64,000 nt of DNA from Cyanobacteria bacterium J06626_4 (GCA_038523235.1 JBCBJQ010000020.1:15068-79067), one strand, 5' to 3'; shown: positions 42,256 through 53,085, numbered from the stretch's first letter. Notes: generated by a model not told the origin, from the sequence alone. Numbers and translations: made by a program.

Positions 42256-44616
42256 CTATTCTGCTCGCTGTAATTTGGTGAGTTTAGGGTCAATAATTTT
42301 GCGGCCCTGATTGGGAAACTTCACCGCCAGGCAAATCTTGTTGCCCGCGCCAAAAATGTGGGTCACTTCCCCCGCGCCGTAGGCATCATGTACCACGATA
42401 TCGCCCACAGTCCAGTCAAATTCATGGGCTCCGCTGCCGGGTTTTGCCGCCACTTCCTGCTTCTTGCGCACATCGCGGATAGGAGTAGTCATGCGTTGGG
42501 GCAGGCCCAGCCCGGCGTTCGTGGTGATGTAATCCATCGGCAGCTCACCCAGAAACAGCGAGGGACTGGCCGGTTCGCGGTTGCCGTAGAGTCGCCGTGC
42601 GCGCGCATAGGAGATAAACAGTCGCTCTTTAGCACGGGTGATGCCGACATAGCAGAGGCGGCGTTCTTCTTCGATCGCAGCGGGGTCTTCGAGCGATCGA
42701 AAGTTGGGGAACAGTCCCTGCTCTAACCCGACGAGGAACACGACCGGAAACTCTAGGCCCTTAGAGGAATGCAGGGTCATGAGGGAGACGGAATTGCCCG
42801 CTTCGTTCACGTCGTCCAAATCGGAAGCGAGAGAGGCATTGGCCAGAAAGGCGATGAGCGAACTGTCTTCGTTTTCTTCCTCAAATTGCAGCACAGCGTT
42901 GTAAAGTTCCTGCACGTTACCGACACGTTCCAATGCTTCGTCCGTGCCTTCGGCCTTCAACGCGTCTAGATAACCAGAGTCTTCCAGCAGTTCTTGAATG
43001 ATTTCCGAGCCCTTGGACTGATCCAGCTGACCGCGATACTTTTTGATCAGACCGGCAAACTCTAAAACGCCTTTGGCAGATCGCCCCGCTAAGGTTTTGA
43101 CCGACGTTTCGTCACTGAGAATTTCCCACAGGGGAATATTGCCCAAGGTTTGGGTGGCTTGATCGAGCTTATCGATGGTGCCTTTGCCGACGCCGCGCCG
43201 GGGCACGTTGATCACGCGCTTGATGCTGACGGTATCTGCCGGATTTGCGATCGCCCGCAGGTAGGCCAGCACGTCTTTGATTTCGCGGCGATCGTAAAAT
43301 CGCAGGCCGCCCACGACCTGATAGGGAATGCTGTAGCGGGTCAGAACCTCCTCAAAGGAGCGCGACTGGGCGTTAGTGCGATAGAGAATGGCAAAGTGCC
43401 CCCACTTCAGCTCGGGATGCTGAAACTCTAAATTGCGAATCTGCCCCACGACAAAATCGGCTTCGTGCAGTTCATCTTCGGCCTTGTAGCAGAGAATCGC
43501 CTCGCCTTCGCCTCGCGTCGCCCGCAACACCTTGTCGATGCGCTCGGTGTTGTTTTCAATGATGTGATTCGCCACGTCCAAAATGTTGGAGGTCGAGCGG
43601 TAGTTTTCCTCCAGTTTGACCATGGTGCGGGTGTCGTCGTCGGGCAGACTGTCGCCAAAGTCATCCTGAAAGTTCATCAAAATGGTGAAATCAGCCGCCC
43701 GGAAGGAATAGATGCTCTGGTCCGCATCCCCCACCACAAACGTCGAGCGGTTGCGCCAGTCGTTGAAACGCTCCATCGATTCGCCATTAGTGGTGAGCAG
43801 GCGAATCAGATCGTACTGGGTGCGGTTGGTGTCTTGATACTCGTCCACCAGAATGTGGCGAAAGCGATTATGCCAATAGCCCAGCACTGATTCATTTTGC
43901 TGAAATAGCTTGACGGGGATAAGAATCAGGTCGTCAAAATCCAGTGCGTTGTTTTCGGCCAGAGCCTTTTCGTAGTGGCGATACACCTCGGCGATAATCT
44001 TGCCCCGGTAGTTGGGCTGATCTTTCTCTAGCTCTGCCGGGGTGAAGTTTTGATTCTTGGCATTGCTGATGGCATAGCGCACCGATCGCGGATTGAACTT
44101 TTTGTCATCCAGGTTCATCTGCTTGGTGACAATGGTCTTCACCAGGCTCTGAGCGTCGGATTCGTCAAAAATTGAGAAGGTCTTTTTCCAGGTGTAGCCG
44201 TCGGGATGCTGGTACTTCTCAATGTCGAACCGCAAAATACGCGAGCACAGGGCGTGGAAGGTGCCAATCCACAAATACTTGGTGACGTTTTTATAGACGT
44301 GCGATTTAAGCTTGGTCTGTTCGTACTCTGGCAGGGCTGACAGCGATTTGCCATGCTTCGCTTCTGCTTCCTGCTCGGCAAACAGCACCTCAATCCGCTC
44401 TTTCATTTCTTTGGCGGCTTTGTTGGTAAAGGTCACCGCCAAGATGTTTTCGGGGTCAACGCGATGGTTGAGCACCAGATTGGCAATGCGAAAGGTGAGA
44501 GCACGGGTTTTGCCTGAACCCGCCCCGGCGACCACGAGCAAAGGGCCACAGAAGTGCTCAACGGCAGCGCGTTGGGAAGGGTTAAGCTTAACGAGAAAGT
44601 CGGTGGAAGCCGTCAT
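42256..44616 (-). CDS. pcrA: ATP-dependent DNA helicase PcrA/UvrD
   Basis: AGAGSGKT, VDEYQDTN, VGDADQSIY, ENYRS, TLHSSKGLEF and EERRLCYVGITRA. Confidence 0.96.
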   Translation of the reverse strand: MTASTDFLVKLNPSQRAAVEHFCGPLLVVAGAGSGKTRALTFRIANLVLNHRVDPENILAVTFTNKAAKEMKERIEVLFAEQEAEAKHGKSLSALPEYEQTKLKSHVYKNVTKYLWIGTFHALCSRILRFDIEKYQHPDGYTWKKTFSIFDESDAQSLVKTIVTKQMNLDDKKFNPRSVRYAISNAKNQNFTPAELEKDQPNYRGKIIAEVYRHYEKALAENNALDFDDLILIPVKLFQQNESVLGYWHNRFRHILVDEYQDTNRTQYDLIRLLTTNGESMERFNDWRNRSTFVVGDADQSIYSFRAADFTILMNFQDDFGDSLPDDDTRTMVKLEENYRSTSNILDVANHIIENNTERIDKVLRATRGEGEAILCYKAEDELHEADFVVGQIRNLEFQHPELKWGHFAILYRTNAQSRSFEEVLTRYSIPYQVVGGLRFYDRREIKDVLAYLRAIANPADTVSIKRVINVPRRGVGKGTIDKLDQATQTLGNIPLWEILSDETSVKTLAGRSAKGVLEFAGLIKKYRGQLDQSKGSEIIQELLEDSGYLDALKAEGTDEALERVGNVQELYNAVLQFEEENEDSSLIAFLANASLASDLDDVNEAGNSVSLMTLHSSKGLEFPVVFLVGLEQGLFPNFRSLEDPAAIEEERRLCYVGITRAKERLFISYARARRLYGNREPASPSLFLGELPMDYITTNAGLGLPQRMTTPIRDVRKKQEVAAKPGSGAHEFDWTVGDIVVHDAYGAGEVTHIFGAGNKICLAVKFPNQGRKIIDPKLTKLQRAE

Positions 44617-44749
44617 GGGCAAGGGGCACGGTGGGAGGCAAACATCCCTTAGTATGACATCCCCACCAAATTTGAACGTTAGGGCAATGAGTTCTTCCGA
44701 CTGCTCCGCCGCTCTTTAGCAGACACAAGAAGTAAGGAGGGGGATGTGC

Positions 44750-45109
44750 CTACTCATCATAATTACCCGGTTCCAGTAACAAGTAGAGGCCGTCGAGAAT
44801 TTGCTGAACTCGCTGAGGGGATAAAGTGCCGATCTTTTCATCGAGTTGACTGCGATCTACCGTGAAGATTTGAGAAATGTTCACGACGCTCGGCTTCGTT
44901 AAATTAGCTTCTCCTGGATCAAGCAGCACATTGCCGGGCGCTTTGGCACGTTTGAGATTTGAGGTGAGTGCACAGACGACAACTGTACGAATGTTGCTGT
45001 TATTGAAGTCATTGTTTTGAATGACGACATGGGGATGTCGATAGCCGGGGGCTGAGCCAATCGGATCGCCTAAATCAACCCAATAAATATCGCCTTGCTG
45101 GACTACCAT
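44750..45109 (-). CDS. PemK/MazF family toxin
   Basis: QGDIYWVDL.P..GS.PG.RHP.VVIQN..FN and SVVN.SQIFTVD. Confidence 0.9.
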   Translation of the reverse strand: MVVQQGDIYWVDLGDPIGSAPGYRHPHVVIQNNDFNNSNIRTVVVCALTSNLKRAKAPGNVLLDPGEANLTKPSVVNISQIFTVDRSQLDEKIGTLSPQRVQQILDGLYLLLEPGNYDE

Positions 45110-45360
45110 TCCCCTTCAACTAAATTGCGGTGACTACTCTGCATCGTCTGCAGTAAGCGGCCTTCATCTTCATCCAAGTCGTCCGCATAGGCCGCGTTGA
45201 TATCGGCAATCAGATCGGGCCGTTTGCGGTATCGCCGGATAAAGTCTTGCAACGCCAATGTGACCAATCGACTCCAGGAGATCTGAAGTTCCTGGGCGAG
45301 GGTCTGAGAATCATTGATGAGCGATTCTTGAATGGGGAGGCCAGTCGGTTGATCTGCCAT
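45103..45360 (-). CDS. Ribbon-helix-helix antitoxin (ChpI/MazE-like)
   Basis: LAQELQISWSRL...AL..FI, INAAY and ..EGEW ending; overlaps the toxin start. Confidence 0.7.
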   Translation of the reverse strand: MADQPTGLPIQESLINDSQTLAQELQISWSRLVTLALQDFIRRYRKRPDLIADINAAYADDLDEDEGRLLQTMQSSHRNLVEGEW

Positions 45361-45657
45361 AGGATTGTGAAAAGTAGCTGAGGCAATTAACTGAAGTTTA
45401 GCCAAATTATACAGAGAGCAGTAGGATCTCGGCCTATATTCAGTATCCTGGTATCCCCGTCTGCAATATACCAGCGATAAGGGGCGGCAAACCTGTCAGC
45501 TTTTAAGAGATGGCGATGCAACCAAATGGCCTGCGTTAGATGAACATATCGATTTTGGAGGATTGTTAGCAAACACAAAAATCAGCAAAAGCCAGTGCCC
45601 TTTTGAGCTATTGCGAGAACAACGAACAGATCAAAAGGACTGGAGATTCTAACGAAG

Positions 45658-46643
45658 CTAGAAGTCAAACTTAGTGATTCCGAGTTCCTTACCTTGATAG
45701 TCAATATTCAAAATTAGATACCCTAAGTTTAGGGTCATCAACTTTTCATAATCCTTTTCAGAAATCTTTTTTCTCATAAATAGGATCAGCCTAGTTTCTA
45801 TATCTGGTGTCAGCTTACCTTTAAAGTTCTTACCATTGAATAAAAGACAGTAGTTACCATCTTGGTCTTTATTCAAGTCAGAAAAATCAGATTTAGATAG
45901 CAGCGGATGCAATGAGTCAAGCCTAAACTCAACCGACCTTACAGAAATCTCATATTCTGATTTATTGCAGATTAAAAATTCAAAATAATCTTCTTCGGTT
46001 TTTCTTTTAAACTTTCTGGGTTCAATTTTTATTAGCTTGCTAATTCGATATTCTAGTTCTCTCTTCTCTTCTTCTTCGGGAGTGATAGGAGGTTTCCATT
46101 CTCTAACTTTTGGGACAGAAGCTCCTCTAGGAAAACTAGCTACTTTCGTAAGACTTGGAATGTCTTGAAGATCCGCTTCAAGGATGTCAAATATTTCAAA
46201 AAGATATAAAAGTGTATCTGTATCCTCCACTAGTCGAAAGACATTATGTACATCCTTTAAATAAAATCTACTGTCGTATCGCTCATCCCTAAATATACAA
46301 AATCTTATTTCTCTATGTATTGTCGGAGAATCTTCATCTTTGTTTATCTGGATAGTTTGAGAAACCCTTTCAGCAATTTCTTGCGCTAGCTCTGATTTTT
46401 TATGCTGATCTTTTATTCTTTCTGAATAATTGAATTCAAAGTATGAAACCACAATTCCTATTAAGACGGCGACAATTTTGATGCAGATACCTGCCAAAAA
46501 GCATATAAATCATTGTCAATATTTTCTTTGTTGAAAGAGAGAATTATATATACAGTTATGAGAAAAGCTGTTGTTAGGCAGTAGATTAAGATGGTTGATT
46601 TATCTACTGCCTTAATAAAGTTTTCCTTGTCGTCTTTCTTCAT
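45658..46643 (-). pseudogene. AT-rich two-TM hypothetical gene split by a single frameshift
   Basis: ORFs 46461-46643 (TM1) and 45658-46497 (TM2 + soluble domain) join if one T is added to the T run at 46496-46500. The region is strongly AT-rich. Confidence 0.55.
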
Positions 46644-46848
46644 AGTTATGTACTACTCTTCTTGGAGTGACATTTCTGGCTGTTGTAGCTGAGCAACCTG
46701 CACTAGCAGTGACCTGATTTCTACAGTGATCAGTATATTGCTCTCGTTGGGGATGCGATCGCTCCCCGACAGCAGCGCCGCAACCATGCGAGTTCAGGAA
46801 CCTAGAAGCCAAAAGATTTTGAGGGTGTGGGAGCGATCGCTCCAATTC

Positions 46849-47175
46849 TCACCCGTTAATCTCTTCAGCTTGTTCTTTTTGCAACAGGAAGTCGATGAAG
46901 TCATTAAGGAGAGATCGCTGCTCTAACGGTAAACGCCGCAGCTTTTCCAGCATCAGTTGCTCTTGCTGCCACTGACCCAGCGACATAATTTGCGAAGCAG
47001 CTACTTCAACGGTGACATCAGGAACGTCAAAACCCTCAAGGCTATAGCCATCTTCCTCATCTTTGGGCATAGGGTAATGTTCAACTACCGTGGCGACATC
47101 TCCCCGTTTTAGATGGTGCTCTGGAAAATCGGCTGCCAAAGCCACTTGAGAAAATAGAGGATACTGAGTTGTCAT
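46849..47175 (-). CDS. DUF4926 protein with a DUF2281-like C-terminal helix
   Basis: V.L..DFPEH.L.RGDV.TVVE.Y...GY.LE.F, then EKLRRLP......DFIDFL..K. Confidence 0.7.
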   Translation of the reverse strand: MTTQYPLFSQVALAADFPEHHLKRGDVATVVEHYPMPKDEEDGYSLEGFDVPDVTVEVAASQIMSLGQWQQEQLMLEKLRRLPLEQRSLLNDFIDFLLQKEQAEEING

Positions 47176-47504
47176 GATCTGCCTCCTGTGTTTGGCACAA
47201 GCGTCACAAACTTCGTCATGTTATCCGTGACTATCCAAATCGTTAGAACAATAAGCTCAGTCCCATTGGGGCCTGTGAGCGCAGTTCGGATAGCGTACTT
47301 GTCACCAAATTGTGTTTTCTCTAGAAACTCGGCGGGTTGTGTGAGTACCTGATTACGGAGATCTTGCTCTAACCTGCACCAGTTTGCCAAGGTATAACCC
47401 GCAGAAGCTAAGAATTTTGACTTGTCATCCTTGGATAGCTGTACGAGTAAGTAGCGAGTTAACTTTTCTTCAGCAATGATTGCATTGGCTGAAAGATAAA
47501 TCAT
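47172..47504 (-). CDS. DUF6883-like protein (putative toxin/nuclease)
   Basis: I.EEKLTRYLL, DKSKFL...GY, FG.KY, L.GPNG, TIWI and FVTLVP; ATGA-coupled to DUF4926. Confidence 0.7.
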   Translation of the reverse strand: MIYLSANAIIAEEKLTRYLLVQLSKDDKSKFLASAGYTLANWCRLEQDLRNQVLTQPAEFLEKTQFGDKYAIRTALTGPNGTELIVLTIWIVTDNMTKFVTLVPNTGGRS

Positions 47505-47618
47505 CGAAGTTTTCTGAAGACTTAGTAACGGGCTAAAATCATAACCGCCTTCAAGCATCAAGCGGGATTGCTTGACCAGAGAGGGTTGAGGGGTTCCAAG
47601 AGATCGCCCCATCTCCTC

Positions 47619-48641
47619 TTACGACCAGCGGCGAAAGAAGCTCGCCTCTTGCCAGATTTGTGCGGTGCGCTGCTCGATCGCGGTCAACTGCTCCCCCGAC
47701 AATATCTGAAACGCTCGGGCCGCATTCAAATTTTCCGTCAACTGCTCAGGGGTATCGGCTGCCACAATGCAGCAATGTACCTGGGGTTGTGACAGCGCGT
47801 AGCCCAGCGCCTCTGACATGCCTGACAAGATACCAGGTTGGAACAAGCGACCATAGGCGGGCACTTTCATACCGATAATGCCGGTGTTGTGCCGTTGGGC
47901 CACAGGCAACACATGGTCAATAAACGGTCGTGCCGTGTGGCGATCAGCCGCGTTGATGGGGATAAGGGCCGTATCAAACGGATAACGATTCAGCGCTTTG
48001 ACAAAAATGTCGGGATTGTTGTGGCCCGTGACGCCGATCGCACGAATGATACCCTGTTCTTTCGCCTCTTCCGCCGCTTTAATAGCGCCTTGTCCCTCAT
48101 CCAGCAGCGTATCCACATCCCAATCGTAGGTGATGGCATGAAACTGCCACAGGTCAAGGTAATCAGTTTGTAGTCGTTGCAGCGATCGCTCCAGTTCACG
48201 CCAGGCACTATCGCGATCGCGGCGGCTGGTTTTAGTACCAATCATGACCTCGGAGCGCACCGCTGGAAGGACTCGGCCCAAGCATTCTTCACTCGGCCCA
48301 TAGTTGGCAGCCGTATCAAAATAACGAATGCCGCCAGCATAGGCCTGCTCAATCAGGGCGATCGCCTCAGCTTCTTGACCAGGGCGAGACAAAGGAGACG
48401 CCGAACCGCCCAACCCCAGCACCGGCATCGTGAGCTGCGATCGCCCCAAGACCCGTGTTGGCATCGACACCGAGAACTCTTCAACCGTTGCCGGACTGGC
48501 GGCTAATGGATGATCGACGGCGGGCGCTGTCGATTGGGGTGGCGCTTCCTGGCGGCTGCAGGCGCCACCGCTGATGACACCGCTAGCAACAGCGACCCCG
48601 CCATAGAGAAATTGGCGACGGGTTGGGTTCAATCTCGGCAT
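47619..48641 (-). CDS. Tat-exported aldo/keto reductase
   Basis: TRRQFL Tat signal, GIRYFDTAANYG.SE, SLQRLQTDYLDL.QFH and IGVTGH. Confidence 0.9.
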   Translation of the reverse strand: MPRLNPTRRQFLYGGVAVASGVISGGACSRQEAPPQSTAPAVDHPLAASPATVEEFSVSMPTRVLGRSQLTMPVLGLGGSASPLSRPGQEAEAIALIEQAYAGGIRYFDTAANYGPSEECLGRVLPAVRSEVMIGTKTSRRDRDSAWRELERSLQRLQTDYLDLWQFHAITYDWDVDTLLDEGQGAIKAAEEAKEQGIIRAIGVTGHNNPDIFVKALNRYPFDTALIPINAADRHTARPFIDHVLPVAQRHNTGIIGMKVPAYGRLFQPGILSGMSEALGYALSQPQVHCCIVAADTPEQLTENLNAARAFQILSGEQLTAIEQRTAQIWQEASFFRRWS

Positions 48642-49010
48642 CAGGGTTAACCTTTGCTGACAGAAAAACGCTCACAGTCATATCCTGACAAAAACTGCCG
48701 GTAGCGTGAGCCCCTCGCCAATTTTGTTAACGGTGATCGCAGCCGTATGCCACTCCCTTACATACATTTCCGGGATATTATCCTTAATTACGGATAGTGC
48801 TGAATTACATATAGTGCTGAGACCCGATTGCACAGCGTTTACTTCACTGAAGTCGGATGAATTAGAGGAGATGTGAGAGATCGCCACATTCCACTATCTC
48901 CCACTGACCTCTGAGCAAATCGGCACTCAATGGGGCTTATTAGGCGCAATGGTGCGATCGCCAAAAATCTCAGGTTCTACTAGCACCGTCTACATAGAAT
49001 CTGGTCAGTT

Positions 49011-49460
49011 TCACTCAGTAGCATCTTGACCGTCGAGGCTATCAAGAATTTCCTCTCTGACATCAGGTACGGTAGGGCCTGAACTTTCGGCCGGGCTGGT
49101 TTCGGTTTCGGTGGGAGACGATTCAGTCGTTGACGGATCAGAGCCCGTATCCTCTCCCGTCGTCGCGTCATCCGAGGTGTTGTCCGCAGCTTCTTGCTCC
49201 ACAACAATTACTCTACTCCTTCTTCTGGGAGGAGCCTCTGACTCTATTGCCTCTTCAGAAATACTTTCAACCGGTAAGTCACTTTGAGGTTGCAGTTCAT
49301 TCGGCTGGCTACTGACCCCACAAATCTCAACCAAATTGACGACCTGACCACTCGGCTTGACCATGTAGCAAATGCCTTGGGCCTTGACCGGACTCGCCCA
49401 AACTAATGCACTCATCACTAAATAAAAGCTGCCAACCGGTACGAGAAAGTTAGGTTTCAT
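49011..49460 (-). CDS. Secreted hypothetical protein with an acidic low-complexity tail
   Basis: Signal peptide ending VKA, then CYMV..SG.VVNL..ICG. Confidence 0.65.
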   Translation of the reverse strand: MKPNFLVPVGSFYLVMSALVWASPVKAQGICYMVKPSGQVVNLVEICGVSSQPNELQPQSDLPVESISEEAIESEAPPRRRSRVIVVEQEAADNTSDDATTGEDTGSDPSTTESSPTETETSPAESSGPTVPDVREEILDSLDGQDATE

Positions 49461-50092
49461 GAGCTGGTATCCCTGATATTTTTCAAACGAAGAGTATCAA
49501 ATCATCCTGAGACACTTGGCCTTTAACTGCTTTAAGAATAGCAGAGTTTAATTTTGACCTCGATCGGCTTCTCTTAACATTGGCTATCGATAATTTGCTA
49601 TTTAAACTACAAAACGAGCTGCTTTTGGGCTTTTTCTATAAATTCTTACTTGATTTGAAAATAATACTTGTTAGATCAATATTTCTTCTAGACTCATTGA
49701 ATCTGAATAAAATATTTTTGTCAGAAGCTGCAAAAAAGAGAATATTGTTTATGGTCAAAATAACTGAAGCTCCCTAAATCCATGCATCAGGTAGGCTTTC
49801 CCTTGTTAATTCAAAGGATTTAAAATATCTGATAAAACGTTCGCGGCGAGCATGAGATCTACAGCCAACTGTGTCGAGTTGTGCTGTCCTTAGTGCTTTC
49901 CCGAGCAGAGAGTATTGAGGATGTCCGAAGTTGAGGCGATCGCCCCCCTCAGGTCAACTATTGAAATGTTGGATATTTCACAACGGCTCTATAGGCTGGC
50001 GAAAGCCCCCGATTTACCACCCACAGGGCTAGAGCACGACTCCAGTTAGAGGGCTGGACTACTGAGCAGTCACTTTTGCGTTCTGCGTTGTC

Positions 50093-51211
50093 TCAAGCCG
50101 TCGCGAAATACTGCCGCACGATATCGACGATGCGTTGAGCCGATCGCCCATCGCCAAAAGGATTCACCGCCTTGGCCATCGCATCGTAGGCGGTCTGAGA
50201 ATTAAGCAAGGTCAGGGCCGCCTCAGCGATCGCAGTGGCATCGGTGCCGACGAGCTTAGCAGTGCCCGCCGCGATCGCTTCGGGTCTTTCTGTTGTTTCG
50301 CGCAGCACCAATACCGGTTTACCCAGGCCGGGGGCCTCCTCTTGCAAACCGCCCGAATCAGTCAGCAGCAAGGTGCAGCGCTGCATCGCTCCGACTAGCT
50401 GGCCATAGTCCAACGGTTCTGTGAGAAACACGCGCGGGTGCTCGCCCAGTGCGGCAGTTAGCGGTTCACGCACGGTGGGGTTGCGGTGCAAGGGCAGCAG
50501 CAACGCGGTATCGGGACAGGCTTCCAGGATTTTTAGAAAGCCTTGAGCAATGTCCTGCAGCGGTGCGCCCCAGTTTTCGCGGCGGTGCACAGTTGAGAGC
50601 AGCACTCGCGAGGTTTGCCAATCGAGCCCGTCAATGTCGCAGGGCGGATTTTGGGCCGCCACGGTCAGCAACGCATCAATCACTGTGTTGCCCGTTTGAT
50701 GGACTTCACCCACCACGCCAGACTTCGCGAGATGACCAACGGCAGTGTCAGTCGGGGCAAAGTGAAGGCGCGTGATTTGCGACACCAGGCGGCGGTTAGC
50801 CTCTTCAGGAAAGGGATTGAGGAGGTCATCGGTACGCAGCCCCGCTTCGACATGGCCGACGGGGATTTTTTGATAAAACGCCGCTAACGCCGCCGAAAAG
50901 GCGGTCGTGGTGTCGCCCTGCACAATCACCAGAGCGGGCTGTAGCTGTTGAAAGTATTGCTCTAACCCTTGCAGGCTGCGGCAGGTAATATCTGTCAGGC
51001 TTTGCCGAGGCTGCATGATGTCGAGGTCGGCATCTGCTGCGAGTTGAAAGAGCTGCATCACTTGGGCCACCATCTCACGATGCTGCCCGGTGAGCACCAC
51101 GTGGGTGGCAAAATCAGCAGACTGTCGAAATGCTTGAATCACCGGGGCGAGTTTAATCGCTTCGGGGCGAGTGCCGAGGGTGATGCAAACTCGCAGGGGC
51201 GATGTAGACAT
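50093..51211 (-). CDS. wecB: UDP-N-acetylglucosamine 2-epimerase (non-hydrolysing)
   Basis: GTRPEAIK, TGQHREM, QGDTTT, HVEAGLRT, HRREN and TDSGG.QEEAP. Confidence 0.96.
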   Translation of the reverse strand: MSTSPLRVCITLGTRPEAIKLAPVIQAFRQSADFATHVVLTGQHREMVAQVMQLFQLAADADLDIMQPRQSLTDITCRSLQGLEQYFQQLQPALVIVQGDTTTAFSAALAAFYQKIPVGHVEAGLRTDDLLNPFPEEANRRLVSQITRLHFAPTDTAVGHLAKSGVVGEVHQTGNTVIDALLTVAAQNPPCDIDGLDWQTSRVLLSTVHRRENWGAPLQDIAQGFLKILEACPDTALLLPLHRNPTVREPLTAALGEHPRVFLTEPLDYGQLVGAMQRCTLLLTDSGGLQEEAPGLGKPVLVLRETTERPEAIAAGTAKLVGTDATAIAEAALTLLNSQTAYDAMAKAVNPFGDGRSAQRIVDIVRQYFATA

Positions 51212-51342
51212 AAGCAGCGCGGTTCAAATAGACGGCGATCGCGCCTCACGGGCAGCGACAAACTTTCCTATCATGGCATGGTCTGTCTGACTGGGCGGCG
51301 TTGCTGGCAGAATGGAAGCAACGAGATTGGATGCGATCGCCC

Positions 51343-51822
51343 ATGGCTCAGACCCTCAAGCTCACAGCAGCTATGTTGACTCAGTTGGATATCACTGCCG
51401 CCGAGGCCGCGATCGACCCGCTAATTGAGCCGGGCAAGATTCTCGATCCGGAAGTGAAGCTCAGCTTCGAAATCGATTTTCCCCGTGACCCCGCTGATCC
51501 GAGGGAACTCTCAGAAATTCCCGAAGTTCGTCTGTGGTTCATTCGGCTGGATGCCCAATACCCCTGGCTGCCTTTTGTACTGGACTGGGAAGCTGGGGAG
51601 CTGGGGCGCTATGCAGCCATGCTGGTGCCACATCAATTTAGCCCCAAAGATGGCATTCGCTATAACCCAGAAGCGTTGGAAATCTTTGTGATGAACAAGA
51701 TTTTTGTGGTGGCGCAATGGTTGCAGCAGCAACAGAGTAATCAAATCACTCGGCTGAAGTTTATGACCCAAATGCTGGGGTATGAAATTGATGAAGGACT
51801 GTTTGAGCTGCTGATTGGGTAG
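51343..51822 (+). CDS. CRR6 family NDH-1 (NdhI) maturation factor
   Basis: DPRELSEIPEVRLWF.RLDA.YPW.P, RYAAMLVPHQF and NPEALE. Confidence 0.85.
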   Translation: MAQTLKLTAAMLTQLDITAAEAAIDPLIEPGKILDPEVKLSFEIDFPRDPADPRELSEIPEVRLWFIRLDAQYPWLPFVLDWEAGELGRYAAMLVPHQFSPKDGIRYNPEALEIFVMNKIFVVAQWLQQQQSNQITRLKFMTQMLGYEIDEGLFELLIG

Positions 51823-52230
51823 AGGCGCGAGGGGCCAGGGAGCAACAGGGTTGGGGGACAAGCGAGCAAAGCTAAAAAATCGGAAGTTGGAAGCGAGATG
51901 CTTGTCAAGTAAAGGCTTCAGTGATCTGGAGTGTCTCGACTTGGTTGCAGTTTGCTACAGCCATATTGACCTCAATCAGCAGATGGGTCGGCCAGCGATC
52001 ATGAGTTGGGTGAGTGGGGAAAGTGCAGCTTCTACGGCTCTGTCAGGGCGTTAGCGAAGCTGACCGCTGCAGGAATCGCAGCGATCAGAAATCAGGACTA
52101 GAGAGCGATCGCGGTTTTGGGTCAGCGGCAGGCCTGATATAGCTTGAGGAAACCTTATGACTGGGAGTGAGGTGGCAGCGGGCTCTCTACAATAGGGCTA
52201 AGGTTTATCGCAATTTTTAAGGAGACTCTT

Positions 52231-53070
52231 TTGAAATCTCAATCTCTCGGTTGGCAGCCGATCGCGCTGGCGTTTGTGGCGCTAGCCGTGTTTGTAGTCG
52301 CCTCTAGCAGCTTTGTCATTATCAATCCGGGGCAGGCGGGGGTGCTGAGCATTTTAGGAAAAGCTCAAACGGGCGAGCTTTTAGAAGGGGTGCACTTCAA
52401 ACCACCCGTCGTTTCAGCGGTGGATGTTTATGACGTCACGGTGCAAAAATTTGAAGTCCCGGCGCAAAGTTCGACCAAAGACCTGCAGGATTTGTCGGCA
52501 CGATTTGCCATCAACTTCCGCTTAGACCCGAGTGAAGTGGTGACCATTCGTCGCACTCAAGGCACCCTCGAAAACATCGTGTCTAAAATCATTGCGCCTC
52601 AGACTCAAGAGTCGTTCAAAATTGCGGCAGCAAGACGCACCGTCGAAGAAGCCATTACCAAACGCGAAAATCTGAAGAACGACTTTGACGAAGCGTTGGA
52701 CGAGCGCTTGGCCAAATACGGCATCATCGTGTTGGATACCAGTGTGGTTGATCTAGAGTTTTCGCCCGAGTTTGCCAAAGCGGTCGAGGAAAAGCAAATT
52801 GCTGAACAGCGGGCGCGGCGGGCCGTGTATGTGGCTCAGGAAGCCGAGCAAGAAGCGCAAGCGGAAATCAACCGGGCCAAAGGTCGCGCTGAAGCCCAGC
52901 GTCTCTTAGCAGAAACGTTGAAAGCTCAGGGTGGCGAACTGGTGTTGCAGAAAGAGGCGATCGAAGCTTGGAAAGCGGGCGGAGCGCAGATGCCTCGGGT
53001 GCTGGTCACCGGTGGCGGTAAGTCGTCTAGCGTGCCTTTCATTTTTAACGCTAGCGATCTGGGTGAGTAG
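52231..53070 (+). CDS. Prohibitin/SPFH domain protein
   Basis: N-terminal TM, EG.HF..P, STKDLQ and FSPEF..AVE.KQIAEQ.A coiled coil. Confidence 0.9.
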   Translation: MKSQSLGWQPIALAFVALAVFVVASSSFVIINPGQAGVLSILGKAQTGELLEGVHFKPPVVSAVDVYDVTVQKFEVPAQSSTKDLQDLSARFAINFRLDPSEVVTIRRTQGTLENIVSKIIAPQTQESFKIAAARRTVEEAITKRENLKNDFDEALDERLAKYGIIVLDTSVVDLEFSPEFAKAVEEKQIAEQRARRAVYVAQEAEQEAQAEINRAKGRAEAQRLLAETLKAQGGELVLQKEAIEAWKAGGAQMPRVLVTGGGKSSSVPFIFNASDLGE

Positions 53071-53085
53071 AGCCGAGGCGATCGC

